This document shows positions 13,735-26,580 of a stretch of DNA of 64,000 nucleotides, in pieces. The DNA comes from Sphyrna mokarran (Eukaryota). Each line of letters begins with the position of its first letter. Position 1 is the stretch's first letter. The position numbers were made by a program, and so were the translations under genes. The notes beneath the pieces are model-generated. The model saw nothing but the letters and a program-made list of their open reading frames with translations, was not told the DNA's origin and made no database searches. The DNA lies in the NCBI GenBank assembly GCA_024679065.1, contig JAGIQG010000007.1, positions 104,346,001 to 104,410,000 on the forward strand, written 5' to 3'.

Positions 13735-14100
13735 CGTTTTAATTGCGAAGAGATCTCCAAGTTAGATAAAATATTTACCGCTGTTCTCCAGCTCAATGCC
13801 TCCCTTCTACTAAGCCCGCGTGCTAGTTTGCTAACGCTTTAACATTACGTTTGCAGTGTGATGCCCCACGTTGGTGATGGTGTTACCTGGCAGATCCATG
13901 GTGGCATGACAGTGTGATCACACTATCCCTCTCTCAAGCTGTGGTGTTAGGGTAATGAGCTGGGAATCTGTTGGCAGAAAGGAAGCGCAGAGTCGCCTTT
14001 CCCTCCCCCGCCAGGAGTTCATTCTCTCACTCACTCTCTCTCTCTCTCTCACACACACACACAGCACAAGTGACCGGGGCTCAGGTATCGCGCACCGAAT
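13735..14100 (-). other. CBLN2: Putative non-coding first exon of CBLN2 (ends uncertain)
   Basis: Candidate donors ACG|GTAAGA (13734), GCG|GTAAAT (13778), CAG|GTAACA (13886); CpG-rich; lies just downstream of a TATA-like box. Confidence 0.45.
14022..14062 (+). repeat. (CT)n(CA)n microsatellite in putative 5' UTR exon
   Basis: Directly visible. Confidence 0.85.
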
Positions 14101-14128
14101 CAAAGCGAGCCGGTAATACACGGCAGTC

Positions 14129-14145
14129 TTTTAAACCCCCGCCCC
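14129..14145 (-). promoter_or_regulatory. Putative CBLN2 core promoter: GC box plus TATA-like box
   Basis: Minus strand reads GGGGCGGGGG-TTTAAAAG in a CpG-rich segment; implies a TSS near 14100. Confidence 0.5.
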
Positions 14146-14332
14146 GATTCGCGGCTCATCGTCGAACTGAGGTGTGGGCTTGTCCCACGGCTCTCTCGCT
14201 CAGATCTATGGTCACGCTTTCCTTTCCTGCATGATGTATAATTTTCAGATAATCATTCAAGATTTCCAGCCCATACCAGCAGGGATGCAAATACCCTACA
14301 AGCAAGCAGACTTCTTTAATCTTACCTCAACA

Positions 14333-14412
14333 TCTATATAATATCTATCTATCTATCTATATATATATATATATGTCCTGAAAGCTATATATATATATGT
14401 GTGTATATATTT
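14333..14412 (+). repeat. (TATC)n/(TA)n microsatellite
   Basis: Directly visible. Confidence 0.85.
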
Positions 14413-15100
14413 GTATCTAATGTAAACACGCAAAAACATATATATGAATATTATTTATATATGGATATGAAACTATATTCAGTCACACATATGCAATGTG
14501 TACATGTACACATCGAGATAGAATAGATACAAATAGAAACGTGTGATTAAAAACAATGTTCCACTTTTTTTAAAAAAGAAATCTAATTGCAAATATTTCC
14601 AACGACCGATTTTTTTTGTGTGTGTGGCGATGTAAATTACTGACAATTGTAATCACAAGACGGAATTTTAAAATAAAAGTGGTAATGGTGGTACTGGGGA
14701 GGGGGGGGGGGGTCACTAGATTAGAAACATCAAAGGTTTTTCAAGTGCAATAAATTCCAATCTGCGAGGTTGTAATTGACTGGGTTCATTTCGTTGCCCA
14801 GCTTTGCAGCATACACCACCGCCATCATGTGGCTAAATATTGAACTTCTAAATGGTACAATTGTACAAAATCCCCGATTGCTCAGAGCGGCGAGACGGTC
14901 GACAGTTGCCGTCGTCACTGTGAAAGCCACAGCAATTTCTGGCGTGCACACGTGTGCAGTTAAACGCAGAGATCTGCAAGTTGTTACCAATGTTGCTCCC
15001 TTACAGATTGCACTGCCGACATTCCCACGGATGGAAATCAATTAAGAGTCAGCGAATTGAGGTGCACTTTGGCCTTTAGTCTTATTGTAGGCAACATTCC

Positions 15101-15420
15101 CATAAAATCATAGAATCCTGCAGTGCAGAAGGAGGCCATTCTGCCCACCGAGTCTCTACCGGCCTCAATCCCACCCAGGCCCCCTTCCCCCTAGTCCTAT
15201 GCATTTATCCTAGCTCGGCCCCCTGACACTAAGAGGCAATTTAGCATGGCCAATCTACCTAACCCGCACATATTGGACTGTGGGAGGAAACAGGAAAACT
15301 CACGCAGATACGGGGAAAATGTGCAAACTCCACACAGAAAGTGATCCAACTCAGGAATCCAACCCAGGCTTCTGATGCTGTGAGGTAGCAGTGCTAACCA
15401 CTGTGCCACTATGCTGCCCC
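15101..15420 (-). mobile_element. HE1-like V-SINE
   Basis: Reverse complement of the HE1 head, V domain and tail. Confidence 0.8.
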
Positions 15421-16004
15421 CATTAGAAAAGTTACATCTTGTTGGACAAGAGTATGGTAATGATGTTGGGCTATGGGGGTTATGGAGGTGGAGTTTATCA
15501 GTGATTTCAAAAGACTATTAGATGGATGTTTGAGGGAAATGCATTTGAACTGTTGTTCAAATGGAGTGGGAGGATGCGATTGGACTGCCATGCAGAGAAC
15601 AGATGTAATAAATGGCATTTTTTCTGTGCCATTATGACTCTGAATTTTAGTGACATGGTTACTTTTAACCAACGTTTTGGATTTGACAACCTAATTTTAC
15701 ATTTGTGCCCAATGGTAAATTTCTCCATTTCACAATAACTTCCCCTAATTTAAAATAAAATTAAAATTAAAAATTGTTTTTGATATTTCATTTTCTACAT
15801 GAGTCCCATATGTATGTCCCATCTTTATTTCATCTCCTAAATCAGGAAACAAATTAAGGCTAATCAGAGCTTTTGAGTGTCTGGTTTGTTGTCTGTGAAA
15901 ATTGGTCAAGGTGATTGGTTACTCAGCCTGTGTGGTTGCATCACTGTCATTGGACACCAGCGATCTCCTGCAGCTGGCACCAAAATTAGATTTTTTGAAA
16001 ATTC

Positions 16005-16505
16005 ATACATGGGATATGGGTATCACTGGCTGACCACCATTTATTGCCCATCTCTGGTTGCCTGAGGGCAGTTGAGAATCTTTGTACTGAACCTTTTAAA
16101 TATTTCATAAGAATAGATGCTGTTATACACATACACACTCCTAATATTGGAAATTAGCAATGCAGGGACCCAAGAACTCCCTAAATCTTCAGACACGCAT
16201 GTACAGCTTTCCTTAAGGTCTGATCTGATCTACATTGCTGTGGCTTTGGAGACACATATAGGCCAGACCAGGTAAAGTCAGTAGATTTCCTTCTCCAAAG
16301 GACATTAGTGCATCAGATGGATTTTTCTGAAAATCAACAATAATTTCATGGTCATCAGTAGATTGTTAATTCCAGATATTTTTAATTGAGTTCAAATTCC
16401 AGTATCTGCTGTGGCGCGATTCAAATCCATGTCCCCAGAACATTAACTGAGTTTCTGGATGAATACTCATTGGAAATTGCTAATACCACTAAACCATCAC
16501 ATCCC
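16005..16505 (-). mobile_element. Deu-domain SINE interrupted by a templated insertion at 16077-16225
   Basis: SINE sequence ...gagggcagttgagaatc breaks off and resumes at acattgctgtggc. Confidence 0.7.
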
Positions 16506-16924
16506 CTAAGGCAATTAGCATTGGGAAAGGTGAAATTTATGCTAGACAGCTCACTAAATGTTTGTATACAGCTTTCTTCAAAGTTAATGGAAAATGCCAT
16601 CACTTTGCTATTAATTGCAAAATGTCACTCAGGTATATTCATTTCAGAGAACCATGATGTAAAAAAAATGCATCCAACTAAGTATTATTTTTCCATTCTA
16701 CTGCAATGTTATTGAGCTTATGGGTTTCCTTGCTAAAAAAAAAATCACCTTTACCAAATGGTGACATCTTACAATCTACTTGTTCTGTTCCAAAGTGTGG
16801 GATTGACGTTGGTCATATTGCACACCTTGTATTCTGTGCAAAGTGCATTGCTTACAAAAGGAACAGTGATGATGCTCCAGAAGCAATTTATTGGCTATGA
16901 AGTGTTTTTCACCTCAAGAGGGTG

Positions 16925-17215
16925 CTTATGTTACTGAACCAGACATCACAAGGAATCCAAGCTCAAATCCAACCCCCAGCAGCTTGAGAATTTGAATTCA
17001 CTTTAAAACCTCAGGAAACTGATGTCAATAAAAGTGACCACAAATGTAGAGTTGGATTATCATTAGAAAAAAATCCAATTGATTTACGAATGTCCTTTTG
17101 GGGAGGAAATCCACTATCCTTCGTTGAAGTGGCCTTAAAGTGAATCCAGTCATGAAGCAATATTGTTGACTCTTAGCTGTCCAAGAGACAGCTCAGCAAA
17201 CCAATCTGTAGCAAT
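16925..17215 (+). mobile_element. Degenerate Deu-domain SINE
   Basis: gaatttgaattca..aatgtccttttggggaggaaatcc..gttgactctta. Confidence 0.55.
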
Positions 17216-17987
17216 TGAAGAAAGCCCACATCTCTATGTTTTCAGAATTACTAGAGATCAACAGTAACTGCCAGCCCAGGCTGCAAAATCCGCTCTACAA
17301 AGTTGTTTTTCTTTTTTTAACATTGGGCTTCATATTGACATATACTAAGGTTGTTGATATATTTACCTATACAGTCCAAAAGTTTTCAATGCTCATCAAT
17401 GCATACCATCCACTGAGCTGACTTCAAAATGTATTGGAGCCAAGAAACATTTTTGTGTAGGATGGAGTATAAATCCATCCATGTGTGAAATTATAAGTGC
17501 ACAGATGGCCCACTGAATCAAGTAGAAAGTTGTAAATCTTTCTACTGAATCTTTTTTTAATATTTCATAAGAATAGATGCTGCCACACTTACACATTTCG
17601 AACACTGGAAATTAGCAAAGCAGGGACCCAACACTGCCTTAAATCTCCAGACAGGCATGCACAACTTTCCTGTAACAACTGATTTGGAGTAATATAGACT
17701 TGCTGCATGGCCTCACTGAATTGCACTTCGTATTATCATAGGAAGTAAGTAGGTAAGGAGACCAACTGATCCAGCAAACCACACCAGCCACAGCATCATG
17801 ACTAAATACTGCTTTTTTCTACCTACCCTCGGAGCCATGTAATCTCCCAGGAGAGACAAATAAACTCGATGTCAATAATGGAAAAATAGTTCCATTCCAT
17901 CACATGTGCCAAGTAATATCCATAAAGCCACTTACTTTCTATGCAATGCAATCTTCAACGAAGTCAGGAACTTTAATATAGCTATGC

Positions 17988-18262
17988 AGGGCACAGTAGC
18001 ACAGTGGTTAGCACTGCTGCTTCACTGCGCCAGGGGCCTGGTTTCGATTCCCGGTTTCAGTCACTGTCTGTGTGAAGTTTGCACATTCTTCCCATGTTTG
18101 CATGAATTTCCTCCAGGTGCTCCGGTTTTCTCCCACATTCCGAAAGACGTGCTGGTTAGTTGCATTGACATGAACAGGCGCCAGACTGTAGCAACGAGGG
18201 GAATTTTGCAGTGTCTTCATTGCAGTGTAAATGTAAGCTTACTTGTGACTAATAAATAAATT
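17988..18262 (+). mobile_element. V-SINE subfamily with alternative tail
   Basis: tRNA head and V domain, then ...cttcattgcagtgtaaatgtaagcttacttgtgactaataaataaa. Confidence 0.75.
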
Positions 18263-19035
18263 TTTAACTTAGAGATCAAGCCAACAGCAAGCTGATAATG
18301 CACTTCAGAGATTCAATTCCCTCTTGGTAACCTCATAGACACTAACCTCAAGTCAATATTTTGAATATCACTGCAGTCTAACTGAAAAGTAAAGTTTGTC
18401 CCTAATGGTTTCCAAATTGTGAAAAGATTAATGCTGGCATATTTTGATTTATTGATTTTCTTATTGTGCACACCAATATCATTTCATTTGATGAGGTTAT
18501 CAACAGCAAGATCACTCTTGAGGATCATTAAAATTTACAAAAAATTATTATTAATTTTCCAAAGATGCGGGGAATAAGGCCCTTTGATATTCATTCCACA
18601 GCTCTTCCATTCCTAACATTATGCAATGAAAATCCCAACTCAAATTTCAATGAGATAGAATGGTGAACAGTGTGGGAACATCTGAAGAAGTTCAAACTGG
18701 TAGGGCAAGACATTTAAAATTTTCTTTTAAAGACATATAATGCTAGCAAATAATTTACTGTCCATCAGTTCTTTGCTAATATTTAATTTAACAAGAGTTT
18801 AAATGTAAATGAATAGAACTTTGTCATCACAGTATAACTTGGAATTATCATCTCTGGATTACTCTAAGAAGGTACTGATCTCAGATTTGTAATATGCAGA
18901 ATTATTATAGAGGCACAGTCACTTGAGAAGTACAAGATTAAAATATAATTTTTATTAAAATCACATGCCAAGTAAGTGGTTTGGGAAAAGCTCTGCAATT
19001 AAATGACTTGTAATGATGCCATTTGTTTTACTGTA

Positions 19036-19126
19036 TGGTAACAATTGATATAAACATATCACATTCAGTCCATAAAAGATAATCTTTTATAGACTGAATG
19101 TGATGTGTTTATATCAATTGTTATCA
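19036..19126. repeat. 91-bp near-perfect palindrome
   Basis: 45-bp arms, 3 mismatches, 1-nt spacer. Confidence 0.95.
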
Positions 19127-19223
19127 ATTATCCATTATGAACTCCTCTGTCCACACTGATCATGAAAACTTGTCATGTTGTTGTTACAACTTTCCACCAC
19201 TGGTGACATTATAATGAAGGATA

Positions 19224-19570
19224 GGCAAAGGCCTTGTGGTATAATGGCTAGACTATTAATCCAGAAGTTCAGCTAATGTTCTGGGGACTTGGGTTTGAAC
19301 CTTGTCACAGCAAATGGTGGAATTTGAATTCAGTAAAAATATCTGCAATTATGTATCTACTGATGATCATGAAACCATTGCCAATTGTCAGGAAAACCCA
19401 TCTGGTTCACTAATGTCCTTTAGGGAAGGAATTCTGCCATCCTTTCCTGGTCTGGCATACATGTGACTTCAGATCCACAGCAATGTGGTTGACTTGCAAC
19501 TTCCCTCTGAAATGGTGTGACAAGCCACTCAATTCACGTGCAACTAAGACAATAAATGCTGCCCAGGCAG
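19224..19570 (+). mobile_element. Deu-domain tRNA SINE (SacSINE1-like)
   Basis: tRNA-like head, core cccatctggttcactaatgtcctttagggaagg..cacagcaatgtggttgact, tail aataaatgctg. Confidence 0.7.
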
Positions 19571-19904
19571 TAAAGTTCAAGACTCAGGATCAGAAAGAAA
19601 GTTGATTTGAGATCATGCAGCTCTTCTGCCTGTACCCCTTACTCCCACACAAACCACTTCTCTGCTTCTCAAATTGCCAGAATGTCTTCATCATTTGACA
19701 TGAATAATAATATCTAAAGTACTAAAAGCAAAATATTCTACAAAGATAAGGATGCCTTTAAAATAGACTCCAACTCTGCTGACCTGAAGAACATATTTGG
19801 CTAACACTCCCATGTTATGGATTAACTATGTTACAGTAAAAGAAAATGGAGAAATGTATTCGATAAAAATAATGGTAAATGCTAAATATTAGAATTTGTA
19901 ATTG

Positions 19905-20130
19905 TAAGTTGCCTTGGCCCCAGGTGATCATAGGCTACTCTCCCCTTTGAGAGGGAAAATTGACTGGAGGTAATTCAACTTGAGGGTCACCACACCTCAG
20001 GCGAGAGGCAAGGTTGAAAAGATGGACCTTCATGAATAACCTCAGTCAGTAGGTGAATATATCCACTGTGGTTAGTGTCACTCTGCATCATTAACCAGCC
20101 ATCCATCCAAATGAACTAAACTAACCCCCA
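19905..20130 (-). mobile_element. tRNA-derived SINE (third family)
   Basis: Minus strand begins ggggttagtttagttcatttggatggatggctgg..gatgcagagtgac (tRNA-like A box region); approx. 225 bp. Confidence 0.5.
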
Positions 20131-23100
20131 AATATTATAAAACAAGTGGAAATGTGCTTATGGAAGGAATATTTAACAATTCTACAGCGAAGTAATCACA
20201 ACTAACTAGAAAACAGTCTGTGTAATGGAATATTAGTTTACAGTTTACTGTTTGGCATTCTGAGTTACTTGGTCAGTTGCCATTTGTTGTTGCTCAGTTA
20301 AAATTTTCATTTTATTTTATTGCATTGTATAATGGATGGAAATGTACAAGGTTAGGAAAGAAAGTGTTGTAGAATGGATCTCAAAGGGTCATATTCTTCT
20401 CCATTTTGGAAATAATATTACATTTTTGCAGATTTTCATGAGTCTTAAATCTGATCTTCCTGTTGGATAATTTCACTTAATGAGATTTTATTAGTGAGAA
20501 CAGTAAGAAAGTCAATAAAGTACAACATATCAACATTAATCCTCTATCAATATTTTGGAAGCAATTCAACTAAGTTGCTACTTACCTGGCATGAACCATG
20601 TATAGTTCTCTTGTGCTATGTATAATCTTTAGAAATATGTAATAAAAGTGAAGGAAATCCTTAATTTTATCCTGCATTTGATAAAAATTACTGTTGAATC
20701 GTTGAATGGCCAAGTGCTTATGTTTGCAATAGATTAGAAAGCAGTCACATTAATTTTAATCAGAACATGCACCATATATGTTGGAGGCAATTATATAATT
20801 AATGTTCCAGGAATGCACACATCGAAAGTTAGAGAATGTAATTTTGACGGTCAAATTCATTAAATTCACTCAATTTCTTTAAAAGGCAATGAAGCATTCA
20901 TTGTTCAAAGATTCCACTAACAATTATATTAGCTCCACATACTCTATATGTCCATGAAAGTTAAAATTAACATAGAACATAGGAGCAGGTGTGGGGGTAG
21001 AGTGTGTCCCACCTTGTCTCCATTCCATTGAGTATCCTGGTATGAGGTCTTTCCATGAAATGCGGTGCTGTCTTCTTGGCTGCCATCTCCTGCAGTCGTT
21101 GTGGAACAAGTGCTGGGGAGCTGTTTATATGGCTTGCAGCAGTTAAGCCATTGAAGGGTGGGTGAATCTAAAGGAACCTCACTGCTGGAGGGGCATGAAA
21201 ATTGTTGCGAATGAGGTAGCAGATTTGGCCCAAAAACACGTTGGTGCTGTCAAGGAGAAACACTGGTGCTGGAATCAATACACTTCTATTTTTAGTAAGA
21301 CTTTGCCTTGAGTGTCCTCTTTGTCATTTTGGGTGAGAAAATCAGTGTTTTCCAAATAATCTGCAGTTTTCCTACAAAGTCATGTTTTGGGAAGGTGGGG
21401 TTCTGAGAAAGGCAAGGCCTGAACATGACTTCACAGAGAGGGGAAAAAAAAAAGTGCTTATTCTCATATTGAAATTAAGGATTCCCCCAGTCCCCAGGGG
21501 CACCAGGAACCTCTCCTTCCTTTCATTGAAGGGATGTTTACCCACCCCTCCCCAACAAAGATTTCAGTTATTAGGCCATTGGACTCATTCCAATCGGTCA
21601 CCCCTTCATGACCCTCATCTTGAACCTTGTCTCTTCATGCTCCTCTTTGTGTGACTCCCCACTTGATGAAGTTGCCTCCTTGACCTCCAATTCATGCCAC
21701 CCCTATTTCATGACCCCCTTCTTCATGAACTACACTTAGAAACCCTCCCTTCATGACCACCCACCCATGATCCCCCCCCCAAACCATAACAACCTTGATT
21801 ATGACCACTACCCCTCCCCTTTATTCCACCCTCATGCCACAGCCCTCTCAGGCTCCACCCTCTTCATGTTCCAGCATGCCAGGGACAGTGCCCCCTTGGC
21901 ACTGTTCCAACACCTAGGCAGTGATGGCTGTGTACTTCACGGAAATGCCCAGCCCTATCCCTGACCGCCAGGGGCTTCAATGGTCTCTGAGCACTATCTT
22001 CCCCCCTCTACCTCCTGCTATAACCATCATGCCTGGTCCCCACAAGTGATTCTTGCTGGGCTTGTGCCCGAGGGTGGGAACATCCCAGCAGCAGGGTAGA
22101 TCCAATCTTGAGTGGACTCAGCGTATTTAAATGTTCATTTAAATATATTGATGTTGTTCTCACATTTACGAGGTGGGAAGCAGATTACATCGGGGAGCAG
22201 CGGATGGGAAGATCCCAATGAGGTTTGGCATTGGCACAGAATGTGCTAAACCATCCGCTTGCAATTCCCCGGCTTCACTCTAACGCATTCTGCACTGGGC
22301 AAGATGCAGCTGGAAATTTGCAGTCAATATGTTCCGATGAACCTCTGAAAGCTAGCAAGTGTTTATGTGTTCAGTTGTCATTTTACCATTGACCAGCTGG
22401 TAACTGCTTGGTAAGCAGGCTCTCTTTGAGTTTCAGTGGCAGTGAAAGCACCAAATCAAACCTGTGGCAACTGAAATCTCAGGTACCCGAGAGAGATGGA
22501 AACACCAAACTCAAGAGCACAATTGATGAATGAGCAGCCAGTCTGGTTCACAAATTGAACCTGAGGGGTGAATGGTGCTGCTGAAGGCTAGGCTCTTTCC
22601 AATTGGCTTTTACTAAAACTCATTCTCACAAAGTGCATATCAGTGGCAAAGCTGAAATTTATTGTCAACCTCTGATTGTCCTTGAGTAGGTAACGGTGAG
22701 TCTTTGTCTTGAATTGCTGCAGTCTGTATGGTGAAAGGTAAGATGCTTATACAGTGTTTTATGGTAGGGAGCTCCAGGATTTTGACTCAATGATCATGAA
22801 GGAACAGATGACTACCTATGACCAAATATGTGACTTGGAGAAAAATGTTTATTTGGTTGTATTCCTATGCACTGACCTCCCTTGCTTATTTAGGTGTTGG
22901 TGCTCGTCATTTCGGGATGTGTCTCAAAGAAACCTCTTTAGTTTGCTACAGTATGTTCTGTGGATAGCACACACTGCAGTCACAGTATATCTGCAGACTG
23001 CAGAGGGAATGGACATTATAACAGCGGATGGATGCAAATCACATGGAACGCTTCATCCTGAACAGTGTCAAGCTTCTTGAGAGTTGTTGGATCTGTATAT

Positions 23101-23339
23101 AATACCTCACGCTATTAAGCTGCAAGGTTTCAGCTGGTTAAATTTCAGAGCGCTCCTGTACATACGCAGCCTTTGCCAAATTTGGTCAATATACACCTGA
23201 GAAAGTAAGACATGCCTCTGTGGGCACTTTCGTGAAATGTAAGCAAAAACTCAGCTTCTTGGTAGAGCTTTGAAAGAATTTAAACATAGTGATCAGTCTC
23301 TTTGTGTGACAGATGTTGGTTGAAGATAAAACATTATTT

Positions 23340-23585
23340 GGGAAGATTGTAAATTCATATCAGTGGAGTTTACTTCACACCTTTGGAAATCATGTTTTAG
23401 ACTTAGTCTACACCAATGACACACTCCATCTAATAGATTTGAAGGTTATGTATGAAATTAATGTGGGCAGTTTCATCTGAATTACTAGTGCGTATGGGCT
23501 CCAGGACTAAATCTGACCACAAGCCAACAGAAATTGGCATTAATTCAGCACTCTGGCAAAGGGAAACTTTAGGCATAATGGATGT
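23340..23585 (+). mobile_element. Ancient LF-SINE-like remnant
   Basis: tatgaaattaatgtgggcagtttcatctgaattactagtg..aaattggcattaattcagcac resembles the recalled LF-SINE core and the copy at 5335. Confidence 0.4.
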
Positions 23586-24421
23586 AGCAGCTGAAAAAAT
23601 TCAAACATCTTTCAAACAATGGCACACACTGGTTTTGCAAAGTAAAGAGATATTTGCTCTCTATCTAGCAGTTTCACACTTGGTTCAGAGTACTTGGCAG
23701 CAACATTGAGGGCTCATCTTTCAAGGAATGTCAATGCATTTAGCCATGTCTCCAGGTTTGTCATTATTCTTTTCATTTTTATGTTTCAGAAGAGGTAATT
23801 TGTTATGGGTAGTGGATTTCCTGTAGGATTCAGGACACCTGGAGAGAGCCAGCCACTGTAAGGGGATGATATTCAGGCAATTTGTAAAGCAATACAGACA
23901 ACTGGGTATTTAAAAAGACAGAGGAGCCTGAAAGAGAAGGGAAACTCTTTGTTGGCATCTAGGCCACTGGAACAAAATAAGAACAGTAGATTTCTATAGA
24001 CACTCCAGTCTAAACTTGAACACTTTGTAGCTGTTATTGCCACACTATCTTGGATTTATTATGGCTTTTCACCTGGGACCAGTAATTAAAAACAGCAAAC
24101 ACAGAGGATGAGAGACTTTAGTTCCCCTGTTGACCTTTAGATGTGTTAGGCAGTGTTAACCACAGGGGAGAAGGGAAAGTTCAAGCATATGACGGTTGGA
24201 CTGAGCCAATTTTTCTGCTGTATCCTATAGTATTTGGGTAGGATTATAGAGCAAATTTCAGCCCTTGGTATCCAAAATAGATACCATTTGATACCTCACT
24301 ATGGTCAATATGTACCTGAGAGAGTATTCTAAGTATACTTAGGTCAATATGCTAAGTATTCATAAAAACCTGCTAGCTTATTGCTGAAACAAGCAAAATT
24401 GTGGATGAGATTGGCTCTGGG

Positions 24422-24710
24422 AACATAGAACATGGAACATAAAACATAGAACAGTACAGCACAATACAGGCCCTTCGACATTCTATGTTGTGCCGAGCTA
24501 TGTCCAAACCCAAGATCAAGCTATCCCACTCTCCATCATTCTGGTTTGCTCCTCGTGCCTTTCCAATAACTTGAAAATTCCTAAAGTGTCCGACTCCACT
24601 ATCACAACAGGCAGTGCATTCCACATTCCAACCGCTCTGAGTAAAGAATCTACCTCGGGCATCCCTTCTAAATATCCCACCATGAACCTTAAAGTTATGC
24701 CCCTTAGTAC
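24422..24710 (-). mobile_element. CR1 LINE 3' fragment
   Basis: (aacatag)n tail plus acagcacaatacaggcccttcg; cagtgcattccac. Confidence 0.75.
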
Positions 24711-25399
24711 TGGTTTAGAATTTTTTCAGAATGTTGGTCAATCACATCTAGAAACTTATCCAAATGTTCTGTCATTGTTGCAAAAGAGATCTTTTGAATG
24801 AGCTTTTTTGACTATTCATTTGAATGGATTCAAAAATCCATTTGAGTGCGTTATAGAATTTAATTTAGCGTCATGAATGCTTTACATGTGAAAACTATTT
24901 TGCAATTCAAAAACTTTAATTTGAACTTCTACTTTGTTTACACAGTCCTGAAACTGTATTCCATCCATCAGCCTCATTTCTGAAGTCTACAAATTGTTTG
25001 AACATTACTAATTATTAAACAAATGGTAAAGATAAAGGGAAAAGAAGAACTTTCATTTTTATTGTGCTTTTCATAAACACCCTGAAGAGCTTGTCAGAAA
25101 ATAAAGCATTTTTAAAGTTGCACATCTATTAGTCATACGCATGGATTTTTGGAAAATTAAACACTTAAACAAAGTGGAGAATGAACATTATGGCTGGAAT
25201 TTTATTGGCACACCCATCCCAGAATTGGGGCAGGTGAGACTCATATATACAACACATGGTAGCATACAAAGTTGGAAGCGAGTTTGCTTATCTGGACAGG
25301 ACACTGAAATGCAAATGACTTTTTTGGGACATTTCATTGAGAAGCTTAAAATGCAACAAATCTTTCTTGTGGAATATTCTTCACTTGCTTAGATTAGTG

Positions 25400-25845
25400 G
25401 AACTCCCAAAACACTCATGAAAATCAATACCATCCAAGACAAAGTAGCCTGCTTAATTGGCACCCCTTCCACAAACATTCATTCTCTCCACCACTGATGC
25501 ACAGTGGCAGCTGTATTTACTATCTACAAAATGCACTGCAGGAACTCACCAAACCTCCTCATGCAGCACATTTCAACCACTCCCATCTATAAGGACAAAG
25601 GCATCAGACACTTGGGAACACCAACACCTAGAAGTTCCTTTCCAAACCACTCACCACTGTGATTTGAAAATGTAATCTGTTGTTGGAACTCCTTCCTTAT
25701 CCACACTGTGGATGTGCCTGCACTACATGGATAGCAGGGATTCAAGAAAGCAGCTCATTACTACTTTCTCAAGATCAGTTAGGGACAGGAAATAGATGCT
25801 GGCCTAACCAGTGATGCTCACATTCCAAGAACAGATTTTAAAAAC
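25400..25845 (+). mobile_element. CR1/L2-group LINE 3' fragment sharing its tail with the Deu-SINEs
   Basis: TIQDKVACLIGTPSTNIHSLHH..TVAAVFTIYKMHCRNSP remnant; tail tagggacaggaaatagatgctggcc. Opposite-strand relative at about 22630-23090. Confidence 0.55.
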
Positions 25846-26491
25846 AATAATGGTTGCCATTATCCAATTGCTTACAGAATCCAGTTCAAAATATGCTCAC
25901 AGAATAGAATTACACATAATGGATTTGGGAAGGAACCAATCCTATCAGAAGGAGATGCAAATTGGTGAAAGTCAAGCACCATTGTGCATTGATGCTAAAG
26001 TCAATAAGAAACCATTTGAGTGAATATGGAAAACAGATATATGTCATCTTATAGTAACCACGTTATGATAACTTGGTGTCTATTGACATAGTTTGAGAAC
26101 AATCCAAGTCAATATGTAAGACATAGAGTCTCTGAGGGAATAGATTCAAGCCTGCAAAGGAAAGATCCTGCCTAAGCTTTACCAATGCACAGCGAATGGA
26201 GACCAACACTTTTACCTACCAATTTGAAAAATCAAACTAGATTTTCCCTATGTGATCAAATGCGCTTGAACTGGAATGAAGCCTTAAAGCTGCTGTTGCA
26301 AGCAATGAGTTATTGCGACTCTATCACTGGAAAATTCCACTCTCTATTCCTTCAGTGTACCAAAAGGGAATGATGAGCTCTGCATGATTTCAAGATTCCA
26401 CCTTGAGGGAAACAATTTTAACAGTGAACCTTTGGAGTTTTAAAACTCCAAAGGTAGCGCATGCTACCTCTTTTGTAATCAACTTTTATCG

Positions 26492-26580
26492 TGTGTATAT
26501 GTGTGTTTATGTATGTGTGTGTTTATGTGTGTGTGTGTGTGTATGTGTGTGTTTATGTGTGTGTGTGTGTGTGTGTGTAT
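26492..26580 (+). repeat. Imperfect (TG)n microsatellite
   Basis: Directly visible. Confidence 0.9.

Noticed and set aside
14496-14513. 18-bp palindrome atgtgtacatgtacacat
   Set aside because: Lies in alternating purine-pyrimidine low-complexity sequence where such palindromes arise easily.
14730-15045. Overlapping 89-103 aa ORFs upstream of the promoter
   Set aside because: No recognisable domain or splice support; better explained as regulatory DNA.
17988-18060. tRNA genes at SINE heads
   Set aside because: A/B-box-like heads continue into SINE bodies and do not form complete cloverleaves.
20924-21109. ORF with RRWQPRRQHRISWKDLI resembling an RTE C-terminus
   Set aside because: Too short and degenerate to assign; at most a decayed LINE scrap.
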